A stretch of DNA of 62,613 nt, filler included, from Choristocarpus tenellus KU-1152 (Eukaryota > Protista > Phaeophyceae): the NCBI GenBank assembly GCA_964200185.2. It is 11 parts of 11 records of this genome, joined end to end, with 100 filler letters (N's around TTAATTAATTAA, not from the genome) between each part and the next. Parts side by side here need not be neighbours in the genome. Positions count along the whole stretch, not along the records: positions 1 to 3,199 come from CAXNAD020021607.1; positions 3,300 to 8,851 come from CAXNAD020010447.1; positions 8,952 to 11,758 come from CAXNAD020024580.1; positions 11,859 to 16,118 come from CAXNAD020015430.1; 7 more parts are not named here. One strand, given 5' to 3'. Made by a program: the position numbers and the translations under genes. Positions 1 through 13,859 of the stretch are shown here, piece after piece. The notes beneath the pieces are model-generated. The model was not told the origin of the DNA and did no database searches. It saw only the letters and a list, made by a program, of their open reading frames with translations. Position 1 is the stretch's first letter. Each line of letters opens with the position of its first letter.

Positions 1-284
1 AATTGATTGTTCCATTACTCCATACATATTTTACCGTAACTGTCCGATAGAGTTGGAAGAGTCTAATCGAACAAATGGTTCGCCTCTTCTCTAGTTTGAT
101 CACACGTTGCACACTTTATTTTCTGTTTTGTACGACATTCGTTCAATGTGTTTTCTCCTCTTCTGCCAAGATCCTCTTCTTCCTTCCTCGCTCTTAATGC
201 ATGGCCTCCATGCGTGTTATTTTTCTCAAGTTGTGAGCTCAGTCGTTTCACACCCTGTCCACCCCCTTCGAATCTCCAACGTAC

Positions 285-449
285 TCGCGCGTAGTCGTCG
301 CTTTGCGAGGAAGATACATTTGCCACGTTTCCTTTGTTTGAGTTTGGTGTCCGATGGGCATAGAATGTCCGCAGCGCTTTCCTCCACCCCCTCCTCGCCC
401 AAGTCCAACAGGCCAAATGGTAGGAAAGGCGTAACAGTTGTGGATACAT
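285..449 (-). CDS. Possible first coding exon of an unknown gene (MYPQLLRLSY...SDDYAR)
   Basis: ATG at 449 opens a 128-aa ORF, with a candidate donor GTACGT after ...GCG CGA. It lies head-to-head with the gene at 1222. No recognisable domain. Confidence 0.25.
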
Positions 450-1221
450 GAAAAGGATGTGCCTCTAATACAAGAAAGTAGTATTAAATTACGTTTTTGG
501 TAGAGTCGCGCGTCTAGAAAGTGCGCGCTAAAGTACAAGTTGTAAATATGAAATCAAAAAAAGAGTCGAAGACCTAACTCAACTACCTACCCTATACCCA
601 CTCTCCTGAACAACGTGCAAGTCGATTTTCCCAATTTGCCAGTACGTGCAGCCAACAAGTCACTACGCGCCGTGGGAAAACATGCAATAACAACGACCAA
701 AAATTCTGGCTTTCCTCATCAAAGGCGAGAATCTAGTCCTAGGAATCACGTTGTACCAAGCAAACGTGTCCCATCATCTGCTATGTGATCCTGTTCAACT
801 TTCGAAGAGACCTACCAGCAGCAACAGGGCAACAATTACCTGTCTACAGAAGTGGAGAAGTGACTTATCCACCTATCACGGCGTCTTTGCACTCGCTATT
901 GCTATATTTTGTTGGTTCCACCACGTTGCAGAAGCATCAATTGTCACGAGTTGGTATTGCTTGCCATACGGAAGGCCCCGCATTAGCTACGGATCTGAAG
1001 GGAAATTGTCTATTGTGCAGCCGCAGGAAATGATCAATAGCCAGAGTCGTCCTGTGTAAGCACTATTTTAGGTGAAAACTCTGCGCAGTCGAACAGTGCC
1101 TGGAACGGGCATAGCTTACATTTGGGTAAGTCTTCCCACCCCTCCTCATCCTCCTCCCGTGTCTTTGGTGGTAACACCTACACGGTGTGTGAGCATCGTC
1201 GAGGTCTTTTTTTTTTTCGTC

Positions 1222-2531
1222 ATGCGCCACAGAAAGAGGACTAGTGGCTTAGCAATAACCGCTGCGCTGATCGTGACCGGTTCCAGTCGGAGTGCGGCCT
1301 TCGTATGGTCCGCGTTACCACAGGGTCACCTTCATAGGTTGGTGAGCACCTCAGCTCCTCACCTTTCTCTCCTTAGCGCAGACGAACAGCGTCTAGAAAG
1401 GAAAATCAATCATCAAGACCAACGAGATCGCAAGAGGTGAGTACTGGTGCGGAGTAGTCACCAGTCACGGTGCCTTTGATAGAAGGTGTAGTCCATGTGG
1501 TAGTAGTACTATCTACGGATTCTTTGGCACTTTTGTGTTGTTACTCAAGGTACAGGATGTGAAGGTCTAGGTGGTTGCATATTACCTATCCTTGCAAAGT
1601 CATTCAGTTTCGTATCATACCTTCCATGTACACCTCCAGTACACAGAGATCAGGGGTATTTAGTCCACCAAAGTTTTGGTTGGATGGCATTGAGTCTCTG
1701 CTTTGGCGATTGGATGAACCTATGATGAGATACGTTGGGGTTAGAAAGGGGAGGGGGGAGAGAAGGAGAGTTGAAAGAAAACACCCACTGCAGTGCTTGT
1801 GTGCTTGAGAGTGGTCAATCTGTTGTAGGAGGATGTTGGCACATTGTCATTACAATTATTTCTCTCGACAAGTAAAGTTTCAAAAGTCTGTGAAAGGGTT
1901 TTTTTACTGCTGGTGAAGATTTCGAGGACGTTTGTTGCGCTATTTATACCTTCCAGCAGACTAGACCTACATGTTCAACTTTGTGTTTAGTCTCGCCCAG
2001 CCTTGTTCAAGAACCAATTCTGCACTACACAGTTTGAGTTATAGGGTGGAGACTACACCACCCCCTGTACCATGCTGGAGCACAACAAGAGCATGAGGTT
2101 GACAAGCTGCTTAAACCATGCTGTTTTTATCTGAATCCAGAGTACTTAGACAACCAGCCAGCCAGCAAGCAGTACACGCACGTGGATACCCTCCTCCGTT
2201 ACACTATCCCCTCCCCACCTATTCCCAATGCCTCTTTGTCTCTCTTACCACAGTAGGCCAACAACCCGGTCTTCTCGCTGTTCTCGCTCCTCCCCGAGGT
2301 TATGTATGGCCTCTGTTGATGTGTCCCACTCAGGGGCAGGGGCAACTGGGGAAGGTGGGTTTGAGGAACACAACAGTGGCATGTCTGCTGTTGAGAAGGT
2401 GGGGAAGTTGCAACCAGCAGCGGTATCGCAGTCAAGTAGTTTTCGTTCATCTCTTTTTCAATCCCTTGGGATGGCGGTATCTAACAACAATGGAGGTCAC
2501 TCAGCTGGGCACAATGAGGTCCAGACAGAAG
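1222..2531 (+). CDS. Unknown plastid-targeted protein, 5' part (exons 1222-1436, 2254-2531)
   Basis: Signal peptide MRHRKRTSGLAITAALIVTGSSRSAA|FVW resembles the ASAFAP cleavage motif. Donor GTGAGT at 1437 and pyrimidine-rich acceptor CTTACCACAG at 2253 give a phase-2 join that stays open. Donor GTGTGT at 2532. Confidence 0.55.
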
Positions 2532-3199
2532 GTGTGTCAGTAGGGAATGGGAATCTTCTGGTAGTATGGTCTTTGAAAGCTATTGGGTTAAGGGGGTTCT
2601 CGTAATTTTTGGGCGTCTGAAGCTGTGGGAGGGAGCCTGTGACCTTATCCCACATGTTTTTGTTGTTGTGTTTTTGGTGTCGATTGGTCTAACCCCTTTT
2701 GCTCTAATATCCACAAAATGGAGATCCTAATATGTCCCAATAAGGTGTGTACCTGACCGTTTCTACTCCTTGGTTGCGTTTCTCTGGGGCCTTTCTTTTA
2801 GTGTAGATTATTATTTTTTGTATTAAGATTTTGGTAAAACTCTTCGATACATGGCAGGCTTTTCTGTTTGATGTGGGATTTGAACAACAGGGTGAAGGAG
2901 GTTAATCTGTTGGGAAAGATGGGTAATATCTCCATAGTGACTGTAGGTCTGTTCTTTGGCGATAGTTTGAGAATGGCGTTGACGAGGAGTTGATTCTTGG
3001 GGAGTGGTGGAAAAAGATTGGATGAGCTATGCCTTACTTTTGTCCCTTGAAATATGGCGACTAAAATCACAGATCAGAAATTTGTCTTCAAAACCAAGTA
3101 ATATATTTTGAGTGCATTTTCTTATTTTTAATATTGTGATGCGGTGACCACAACAGATATGTCTTAGAAGGTGATGAGTTAATGTCTGGGGGGGGGGGG

Positions 3200-3299
3200 N
3201 NNNNNNNNNNNNNNNNNNNNNNNNNNNNNNNNNNNNNNNNNNNTTAATTAATTAANNNNNNNNNNNNNNNNNNNNNNNNNNNNNNNNNNNNNNNNNNNN
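3200..3299. other. Artificial contig spacer N44-TTAATTAATTAA-N44. Identical spacers at 8852-8951, 11759-11858, 16119-16218, 27377-27476, 30142-30241, 34376-34475, 50336-50435, 54117-54216, 59990-60089
   Basis: Ten identical 100-nt blocks. The 12-mer puts stops in all six frames. Genes cut at a spacer do not resume on the other side. Confidence 0.98.
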
Positions 3300-3331
3300 A
3301 CGCCGACACCCCCCCCCAGATACTTTGACCC
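3300..3331. mobile_element. Truncated TIR of MITE family B (G-run subfamily) at a contig end. Further partial copies at 3176-3199 (degenerate), 8796-8851, 11859-11881, 12300-12321, 16031-16118, 16219-16271, 27317-27376, 59970-59989
   Basis: Recurring CCCCCCCAGATACTTTG(A/G)(C/G)(C/T)C, or its reverse complement G(A/G)CTCAAAGTATCTGGGGG. Matches the TIRs of the complete copy at 36051-36218. Confidence 0.85.
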
Positions 3332-4064
3332 ACCAACATCCAATATGTCATGTGTAGGCTAGGCGGGTGAGGCAGGTAAGACTGGAAAGGACAAGGTCAG
3401 TTTGTCAGACAGAAGCAAGTATATGTTCAGGTTTTGTCTTTCTGGAGCGTCTTCTACTACTTAAGGAAATCCCAACATATATCATATGTAACCAAATATC
3501 AGTATTCCAGTACACTCCAATGTCAATATTTGATACATCGATATTGCTGACACAGAGGAATGAGAAGGCAACACCTAGTCTGGGGGGAGACATGGTTCAA
3601 AGCAGCTGACACCTGGTATCTTCGCCCAAATCACATTGTCATATCTGACTTCCAATCATGCAGTACTTTCCAATTGGTAGTTTGGGTGTTAGAAATCTGA
3701 ATACAGCGGAGATCCAAATATCAGAACATTTGGACTGCTTGGCAGTTGTGATTGGCGGCAAGGGTGCTATATAATAACTGGTATATTGCAGTGGGAGTAT
3801 CCTATTAAGCATGACAGTCAACAAGGGATGCCCACTTGGACTTGGCACAAAGACTGCAGATAGAAGGTAGGGTTAGGGTAAGAAGGGAAGAAAAGAGTGA
3901 CATTAGTCCAAATATATACCACTTTGTATCTACGAATACCTACAAGTATTTTCTTTCATTTCAGGGTCCATTTTGTATGTTTTGCTTATATCGTAATTAG
4001 GGCAGCAAATCAGTTGATTGAAGGAAGAAATTACTTTCCTCTCCCCCTTTTCAACTACACACAC

Positions 4065-6859
4065 CTCGCCTTTGACTTCAAATACATCTCCATAGAGGCA
4101 GCTATGGGAGACTGGACCTATTCTCTTCGCAAGAGTTGTCACATGTCCTTTTATTGTTCCAGCATTATCCAGGATACACACTCCGCTCTTGTTCACCTTC
4201 ATCAAGGCACTGTAGAGCCCGTCATCCTCATTCATGTATTTTCCTGCATCCACCTTGCAGTGTGGGCCAAAACAGGTAGGCAAGGGAAGGAAGGCAGGCA
4301 GGGCCGGGGGAAGGGCATATTCAGAGAAAATGGACTAGTGTGGAATTATAGTGTGTCGGATTTTGGCATGCTTGTGATCACAACTCTCTTCCTAGCCTGG
4401 CCATCCCTCTGACATGTGCACAATTTGTAAAAAGCAATTTCATTCGCAAGCCATTACACTGTATGGATAACATGAACAGTACATCACTATTTCTTCCACC
4501 GCAGTACAGAATAATCCAGTTAAGAGGGATTACTCTAATTCAAATAAAGTCACTTTGACTTGTGATAAATAGAAAACAAATTTCTCCCATGGAATTTTGA
4601 AAAATATTACTCACAATGAAAGACATGGATATTTCTTCTTCTCAAATCTAAATCCTTTTGAAATGTCAGCTTGTAAGATCCTTTTCCACATTCTATACAA
4701 TCAACTATCGCCATCTATCATGATGACGTGAACCTCAAATTTTGGTCAATTACTTGAAAATTTGCATCGGGTATTTTCTTGTTGCTAGGATACAAAAGAA
4801 TAACCGCTGGAGACGTTTGGGCCTGTAAGTCAAGGTGCACACAATCTTCTCAACAGCATTTTCACCCAGACAATTTTAGTTCGCACTCTCTATTTTGACA
4901 CCAAACTTTATATACACTTTATACTGATTGATTCAATTGAGAGTACAATTGTTCTGCTGAGCTGACGTTCGATTAATCTGGGAATTGGACTTGACTTGTA
5001 CGTCCTGGAAAGGTGAGCATCAAGAGGCGCCTGTAACAGTAGGAGGCTACAACGTAGAGACAGGCAACTCCACTCATTTCCAAGTCAGATGAAAATAGAT
5101 ACTTTTCATATGTAGGCACAGATTTGAGGGTAATCTTCCGGCTCTCTGTCCAAATTCCTGATCGACCAGAAAACTTAGGAGACGCTAAACTTTCAATTAC
5201 GAGCCAAAGTATCTTAGAGGGTAGAGCTGCGCTCATTTGGGAGTCAAAATCCAACGTTGCGATTTTGATATAATTTTGCCCATTGTATTTGTTAGGAAGT
5301 GTCAATATCCATGTTCTGGACACACCTTTTCATAACATATACACTTGGCCTACTCCGAAACATTTTGTAGTAGGAAAATGTCATTAAAAAACCTATGGGA
5401 AGCCAAGTCCCAAATGGACAAACAGGGCAAAACTAGTACCCTCTAAGATACTTTCACTCTTACTTTTCCCAGGCTGAGTGGAACCTCAAGTGTCAAGGGG
5501 ACATTTCGTACACCTAATAAAGTCAACACTTGATGTCGTGACCAATTTGTTGTTGTTCATGAGCGATTAAAGACTCAAGACCTTCAAAGCACTTTGGGAG
5601 ACTTAGACTGAATCAGCTTGTATACTACACCAGTACAGCAAAAATAGAGAAGACATTTACTGCATTTAGAATGTGTACACAGAAATTGAAGAAACACTTG
5701 ATGCATCACTACCCATTCAGATACATCACTTACTCCCCCTTCCTCACCTTAGGGAAGGAGTCCCAGGAACAAAGGGGGACCGGCCAACTTCCATGACTAC
5801 GGTCATGCAAGGCATCAGGGGAGTTGTCATGGGCCCGCAGCCAGCTAGCTTGAAAACGACTCACGTGATCATCTGACCAGATAATGTCAACGTCCCCTGA
5901 GCCTTCTGATGTCACGATCTGCAGCAATGGGAATCAACAGCAGCATACATCATGAAGAGATCTCCAACCAGCATAATGAGCAACAATTGTGTGGAGAGAG
6001 AGAAGTGCTGGGTCATTCGAAGAACAGAGAAAATATAGCGCGATCATGAGCAGAGGGAGCAGGTGCTTGAGGGGGATACTGTCAGGATCTATCTGCACCT
6101 ACCCTTGATACCATCGAGTAGATAAAATATACCTTATACTTCCTCGATGTAGAACATAGGTTTTAGACAGATGAGAAAGCTTCAACAAGCTTTGACTGCA
6201 TGACAAGAGCCGTCTCTGGAAGTTTCGCCATTCTTCAGCATCAAGACTACTTCAACAAATGCAACCTACTTATGTGAGGCCCTTGACCAATCACTGTGAT
6301 CAACACTCTCACATCCTAGTTGGGACAGGCATATCACTCACCATTGGCGGTTCTTTCAACATTCAACAAACATTAAACTTACATCAGGTTGATAGGTCGC
6401 CCAATCATGACAAAGTCAAGCCGCAACATGCACCCGACAGAGAACAGATGAATAAGAAGGGATAGCACCTCTTGTGACTACTACACGATTAGCATATTAA
6501 ACATCACATAGAGTCTGAAAGCGATTCACACAAACCTCCTTGGGGATGACAGCTCCGTCGATGTCCCCTGGAGACTTGATCCTTTGTCCAGAACTGTGAC
6601 AATTTGAAGGGCAGTTGACGCGCAGCCAAATGAAGTTGTACATCGACGTGTGCCCATCATGCCATTGCACTTGTACAGCACGCCAGCTTTTTATCACCGC
6701 GGTAGCATCTATGAGTACAGTGCTCCTCCGCATGTAACTATGGTAGTCAGCTGAAACGATGGACATGGGAGACATGTCACTGAAAGAGATCGATACTCGT
6801 CGTCTAGCACGAAAGGAGTTCACCGCTATACCTCTCAAAGCTCGGGAAACGAGTGTCAT
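4065..6859 (-). CDS. Gamma-butyrobetaine / trimethyllysine dioxygenase-like (GBBH-like N-terminal domain plus start of TauD domain), 3'-partial; exons 6859-6536, 5918-5748, 4253-4065
   Basis: Motifs VQWHDGHTSMYNFIWLRVNCPSNCHSSGQR, IIWSDDHVSRFQASWL and IGPVSHSCLYGDVFEVK are typical of BBOX/TMLH. All exons are phase 0 with GT/AG. The Arg-rich N-terminus resembles a mitochondrial transit peptide. Confidence 0.85.
5201..5459. mobile_element. MITE family A, 259 bp, in intron 2 of the dioxygenase gene
   Basis: TIR GAGCCAAAGTATCTTAGAGGGTA ... TACCCTCTAAGATACTTTCACTC with 4-bp TSD TTAC/TTAC. Homologous to 52357-52615. Confidence 0.92.
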
Positions 6860-7436
6860 ACTTTCTATGTGTGTACTGCAGATGGAACGATATGGAGGAG
6901 ATTCAAGATGTCTGATATCAGGAACGGGACAACGTGGACTACCTTTATGTGAGTATCTACCTCGAAATACCTACTGTTTTCTTCAAAAAAGTACTGCCTC
7001 TGTTTTGGATAGAGGTTTTGAGGTATGTTGATATGTCTTACACATAAATACAAGATAGGTGAAGGTTGAAGCCAGTACAAACCAATATTTATACAAGTTG
7101 AATAAATCGAGAAGTTCAGCCACAAAAATTTCTACCGATCAAAAGGAGGATCTCTTGTCAAATCTGATCATACAGTAGTATATCAGAGATCAAGGGTTAC
7201 ACGACTGCATTGTACAGATACAACGATGCCCTATGCAGCGGGATCCAGCTGCAACATGCAGGGTAATACCCTGGTCGACCACACTATACATACCATAAGT
7301 GTAGCATTGTAGTGGCTATCTTCATGGCATTTGCGGCGTTGCAGATCATTTTTGGTACCAGTGAAATGAAACGTGTGTGCAAATTTGCGTGGGCCCCACC
7401 AAGCGCAAGGCTTCGAGTCCTCCAGCCAGTGCCAAC

Positions 7437-8036
7437 ATGGCGTTGAAGCACCATGATAACAAGAACAAGGGCAAGGGGAAGGTTCTACGAAATATATCTA
7501 CGGAGAAAGCCGTGTCCTACAAGCTTTTGAAACCCGATTTCGTGTGAGTTATGTGTTGTTGTGATGTGTCTGGTTTGTGACGAAGGAGATCATAGTGCAA
7601 CAAAGCACTGATGAATTTGTTCTGGTAAGTCTGATGATATGTTATATTCAGTCAGACAGTGTTCGATATGAAGGTATGTTTGGTTGTGCTGTGATTAACA
7701 CGGTTAGAGGCAAGTGTGTGTCATAGTGCAACAAGACACCTGTGGTTTGGTTTGATGTGTCTGAAGGGATGTCGCACTCAATCAGACTTTGGTTGAAGTG
7801 AGATGGGTACTGTTATGTTTGCGGCATATATTGCTCAAGGAGACAGTGATTGGTAGGAACTGTGTGGTCATTATTGAGGCGCTCAAATGAAGAAATTTAT
7901 CCTCTGTGAAGAGGGTTGTCACCTTGGCAGAGAAAGGTTTCGAAGGATGGTTTTAACTCTCTATATATTGCCTCCCGGTGTGCCTTATACATTTTGCAGA
8001 GTGATGGATGGCTTTCGACGGGGCAATGCCAGTCAA
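7437..8036 (+). CDS. Unknown protein, first two exons (7437-7543, 8000-8036): MALKHHDNKNKGKGKVLRNISTEKAVSYKLLKPDFVVMDGFRRGNASQ
   Basis: CCAACATGG start context, donor GTGAGT at 7544, acceptor TTTTGCAG at 7999 and an open phase-2 join. Divergent from the dioxygenase gene. Confidence 0.4.
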
Positions 8037-9376
8037 GTAAAAATAATAAGCGCATCCTATGCAACTGATAACTTGCGCCATGGGGATGAAGAACTAAAAA
8101 CAAAGAAGAAACAAGAAGACAAGCTTGAATCCATATCAAACATAACAATTGTCCCTCATAATAGTGTGTGTGTATGATGGGCAGCGACTATTCCTATGGT
8201 TCCTATCCACTGTGATGTACTTACAGTGGTAGAGTAAAGTGTGATGATGAACTAATGATGGGAATGAGAATAGCTACCAATTGCAATGGACGAATCAGCA
8301 TTCAGTGCGACACATTTGTTGGAAGAATGTAATAATATTTAGTGTTGTTGTGTGAACCCAAGAAGAACGTATTGCCATGATTAAATTGTACAAAGTTTTC
8401 TATTAATCGGAATGAACTGTGCGCACACGAAATAAAAACCCTAAACCCTCCACAGGTCTCAGTAGATCCTAAGCATGGACAGTGAAATGTGTAGTGAGCT
8501 GTGGGTAGTGAAAATTGGTGAGGAATATTATGTCGTGCAGTGACCCCTAACAAGTTTGTAGTCACACTTCTGGTTGTATCCTGATCTTTTTTCAAATGGC
8601 CGTATAACCGAACTCTTCAGTTCAGTTGTTCGGTTATTCCGATTAGGCAAACTTAACAACCATGTCGGACGAGAGACAAATCCGACTTGTAGTGTACAAA
8701 TAGATTCCTCACAAATCAATCACTGTTTTTCCTGTCATAAATCTGACTTGTACGCATTGGGGCATATCCCTTCAAATCAAATATTTAGTAATTAAGACTC
8801 AAAGTATCTGGGAGGGGGTAGCGGCTGTCTATTTGGGGTCAATTTTTTCATNNNNNNNNNNNNNNNNNNNNNNNNNNNNNNNNNNNNNNNNNNNNTTAAT
8901 TAATTAANNNNNNNNNNNNNNNNNNNNNNNNNNNNNNNNNNNNNNNNNNNNTGTATATAGTTTTCATTGGTTTTCCCCTGACACATCTGCAAAATGTCAG
9001 AGGGCATAATAATATATATATATAATAGTGACGTTATAGTTTTCCCATCTGGGCTCAACTTTTCCAATTCCAAAGTTCGGGTTCGATGCTTGTTTAGATG
9101 TTGGTTTTAGTCATGGACTATTGGTAAACTTTATATAAAAAAAAGGATTGCAGAGAAACCCCTACATACATACATACCGCTGTCTGTTTCTATGTATAGG
9201 GAACGTATTAGACAGTCCACCTCTTCCAGTGTTTCTTTATCAAAAATACAGCAAAACAACCTTATTATTAATTAGTCTTCCAAGTAGCGATTAAAAACAC
9301 ATCGGGCTTTGGTACGTAAGAGTGGATGATACTACAAGAGTCAGGAGTCGTCCAACCTTTCTCACAGTGGCTGACT

Positions 9377-10278
9377 ATGGGACCGAAACGCAAGCAAAGG
9401 AATGAGGCTTGGGAACAACCAGAAACGCCGTCCCCAACAGGAGAGAAGAGGAATGGCAGTGCCAAACCGTTGCAGAGGAAGAGAAGGGCATCGAGCGGAA
9501 AAGGCAAGGCATTTGTGGAGGAAGGAAGCCAAAATGAAATCGAATTGGCAGACAGCTCAATTTCAAGCAGTCCGTTATCGAGCACCACCGGAGGAAGCGA
9601 GGGGTCACTTGACTGGAAGGCGGAAATACTGTCGGAAGGAGAGGTGGGTATTTGTCCCCACCCTATGCATCATTTATTTTTTTGGCGGAAATACAGTCGA
9701 GCTGTATGAAAGGTTTAACAGTTTGCAGATCACACTTGATTCGTAGTCGTCAGACTGGTAGGGACCGTTTCTGCTCTTGTGTGTATCACGAGAAATAGGT
9801 CAAGTCCAGTTTGCGACTCAACCCAACTGCGCCCTTAGCCCCTACTGTCTTTCCTCCAACATCCTCCTCCAAAATATTGGTCTCCATGAACAAAATGCAA
9901 CACTTCCCCATCTGTTACATCCAATTGTTGGCACTCATCAAGATCTCCCAACATCCGCCTGTTGGACTTCCAAACTCACCCCCCATTCTCTACCAGTTTG
10001 GTCCGCCTTTCAGCCTGCCTCATCTCAGGTCATCCATCCTTGCCGCCGACCCCTATCTCTATGGTAACAACAATATGCTTGTAACATAGGAACAGGACCG
10101 GAGTCTCCAGACACCCCTGGCAAAATCGCTGTTGTCGTACCTCCCTGGTAGCTACAGGCCAGATCTTTCATCCCTAAAGGAAGGTGACCCAGGCACCCTG
10201 ACTGGTCGTCCATTTCGGTTGTACGCCGACGGAATATTTGACCTTTTCCATTATGGTCACGCCAAGGCTCTGGAACAG
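9377..10278 (+). CDS. CCT: Choline-phosphate cytidylyltransferase, 5' part (exons 9377-9643, 10090-10278)
   Basis: [24 protein letters not shown] is the CCT/PCYT1 signature with the HxGH motif. Basic NLS-like N-terminus. Both exons are phase 0 with GT/AG. Confidence 0.88.
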
Positions 10279-13200
10279 GTGTGGAGGCGTTTATCGTTCT
10301 GGATATGTACGTTCTATGGTTGTCATGAAGTGCAGTGCAGAGGATGCAAGCAAATCGGGGTTACACTGGAGTGATGTTGGTTGTAGATAGAGCGCTCTGG
10401 TCAGAGAAGGGGAATCTGTCGCTCCTTAGTGAGAAACGATAGGACGTCACCGTTTCATTTATGACATTTATCGCTTTCTTCTGCACTCCTTGCGTGCGTC
10501 GTTGTACCCACATCTGTGAGAACCTTGCCGCCGTGATACGGCAAGTATGTCTTGAAATTTTTTTCACTGTTTCTAGTCCGCTGCTACACAGAGTTACTGC
10601 CGTCGATATAACCTTCTGTAGACCTAAACAATTCAAGTTTCGACTTTTTTGTGTAATATCCATGGCGTGAGGTTTATCAGGTTAGGTGACCAGGTTGATA
10701 GGGGGGGGCGACCCCACCCATATTTTCCATTGTCCAATTTACTTTATATTTATAGTTTTAGTTTTAGGGCTAGGATTAGAATAGATAACATTAGATGGTG
10801 GTGCCCCTATTAGCATAGGGACCCGTGTGCCCAGTAAACCATCCTCCATAGATGGGTGGTGTTGCTATGTTTGATGCAACAGTATGGTTTGGAGAGCAAG
10901 CTCCAGCCCCAATGAGCTTTTTTTTGCAAATCTGTTCCTGACTTTCCCGTGGATAAGAGTACATGCTGGTGTCCTTGTGAGAGAAATTGTAGTCACTTAC
11001 TAAGAAGGGACTGGATTTTTTTTTTTTGGCACACTTTTTTGAAATTGGATTTTTTTTTTCCTTCTTGAACCCCGCGCATTATACATTATACATTATACAT
11101 TATGCCTGAAATGCAATTGACTCCCCTTAGGAAGGTGTGACTGTAAGGGAAAAAAGACCGGCTGTGAAGGCATTGTTAGATTTTTTTATTGCACTTCATG
11201 GTGCTTAAAATCTCATGTGCCACAAGGCAATTGTAAGGGCCTCTTTGAATGCACCGACCGTCTCTGCTGTTGGCCGTTTCACTCTTGTGAAACGGCCGTT
11301 CGTGTGGGTCGCTTGCAACGATTTTGATTTTTTTTTTCTAAAGTGAGTTGTTTTTTTCAACGGTATGAAAAATCTTATCCGTCCTTTTGTTTAATAATAA
11401 ATATATATATATATACATATATATGTATGTTTATGGTATTTTCTCCTTTTTTTTCTGAAGGAACAGGGAATTTGCTTTATTCGCTGGCATTAAGAAATAC
11501 TACTGGAACAAGAAAAGTCGATATATTTGGAGGCGTCTGGTTGGGGAAAAAAAAAAAATGATCTCCAGGGGAGGAACTTATTGCTGTTGTTTGATGGCTG
11601 TCGGTGCTTTTTTTTGCAAACACATTCAATACATGCATGAGAGGCGAATATTGGGATTGTGAGGTGGAAGATTGATGGATGGTGTGTATATGTTGTAGGA
11701 GGGTAGGGGATGGGGGGGGGGAGGTTCTGCATGTTTCAATGGTATGAAGACTTCGGGGNNNNNNNNNNNNNNNNNNNNNNNNNNNNNNNNNNNNNNNNNN
11801 NNTTAATTAATTAANNNNNNNNNNNNNNNNNNNNNNNNNNNNNNNNNNNNNNNNNNNNCCCCCCCACAGATACTTTGGGTCACAGGGAACAAGTCATGCA
11901 TAGCAGTTTCATAAGCGCCTATACGAACTCTCAATGTAAAGGTATTTCTGTTGAAGTGTCTATCTATCTATTTTTATCTTTTTGTATTGTTTATTTTTAG
12001 ATCAAAAGCAAGTAACCCACCTCTGAATTAATTCGGTAGAATTTTTCTGAATCAAAACTCGAGAAAAATCAAAGTTTAAGGGTCCAGAAGTTTATGAGAC
12101 TAATCAAGTCATGTTTTTCTTGTGGCTCTTCACCTATCAACATCGTACCAAAGTGCAAAGGACTCGTTAGACCGTTGTTTCCAACACAACACCTCTTTCA
12201 ATACATGCACACTTCTCAAAGACGTTGATAGTGAACGCACAACACATGATGCTCACATCCTCGTTAAGAGTAGGACGGGTCAAAAACAGACGTCGGAAGC
12301 CCCCCCCAGATACTTTGACCCACGGGTGGTGATCACTGCGATGATATGGGCGAAGCCCCCATTTAATTAGAGTTCCACACCACTTACAGTGGCGTACTTC
12401 GCTCCCTCCAAAAATCTCTGTAACTTCTGTGTCCTTCCACGGCTTGAGGATCAGAAGCATACTCTCTAGGATCTTACCAGCAGATGGATCAGAGAACGTG
12501 GTGAGGTGATTTTAGTCATTCCACCAGCACGTGGTAAGGTCTGATATTTCCCCGCAAAGGAGAAAATGATTGGAGTTTGATGAAGAGTCGAAAAGTATTA
12601 TATTTGCCCAACGTTCTTAGAATATCATATCCTATCGAATCGATATCATTTTTTTTGTCAACATCATATCAGTATCAAATCACTCCAAAAGATATTGAGT
12701 CTCATCAGCATGGTAGGGGGGGTAGAGTATTAGTAGGAAGGGAGCAGTGAAGGCACGGCTGTGACAGATTGTGTCACTAGTCACTCCATGCAATAATAGT
12801 ATCTCCAGGCATATTATGCAGTTTAAGCTGGAGACACCAGGTTAATGGACTGGACGGGGCTTGACTGACTTGTAGAACTCTTCCCCTGTTTCTAGACTGC
12901 TTTCATCATACCAGTTTGGGAGCAGCTTTAGCAATAACGATCTTAATAGGTTTCTTGTTTTCTTACGTTCAAATGAAACAGCTCTTGTTGGTGTATCCAA
13001 AGGACTTTCTCGTAGGAAATACAGATTACATTGTTTCCATGTTTTCTTTATCCCTTACGTTCTTATGTTTCTTTTTACTGCATTGCCTCCACGACAACAA
13101 TCAGCAAGAAGGTGTCTGTGGGCATAAGAAAGATATTTGCATCAATTGTTATACACATGGAGCATAGGATATCTGTAGCTATCGTCAGGCACACCAGGCC

Positions 13201-13859
13201 ACACAGTATACATGCCCCTGTCCCTGTGTACGGGTATGAGTTAGTGTTGGAATGCGTGGGGAAGATGGCATGAAAGGATGTGAAATGTCGTTCTTGCTTT
13301 TTGTTACTTGTGAACATTGGTTCACATCACGTGCACTCTTTACTTACATCAGAAAGGGTCATGAACGCACCCACCCACCCCATATCCCTCATGGTGCCGC
13401 AAAGTGAGCATATCCATCTGTTGGCAGAGCCTGGCCTCCTCTTTTCTGATAGTGGTGGTACAATGATCGTATTCAAACCAGCCAGGTTTAGGCAGAGAAA
13501 TACTGTGGACGCACATAGGTGAAATTGCTGAGGTATTAGAATGATATTATCATGATACAGTACTATTATGGAGCACCAAATTCTCGTATACTATAAGTGT
13601 AATTCTACTCACCGTTCATTATATATTAGTCTGCCCTCTCACAGTTTGCAGATAGATGTGTCAGGGAAAGACAGAGCAAGAAATAATTTTAGTACCAAAT
13701 GCAATAATTATTGGTATTACTTAGGGAGCTACTCTTTTAAGAAATGCCTATATGAGGGATACCAGTCAACTATGTTTGCCATTTGGGGGTTGGCTTTGGG
13801 GTTGACGGTGATAACAAGGTTGGGGGCAGTTTCTTGTTCGGCATGGCAAAGCGCAAGGA

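Noticed and set aside
3244-3255. Recurrent palindrome TTAATTAATTAA as a biological motif, and ORFs ending in XXX-LIN
   Set aside because: It is always centred in an identical N spacer, so it is a concatenation linker.
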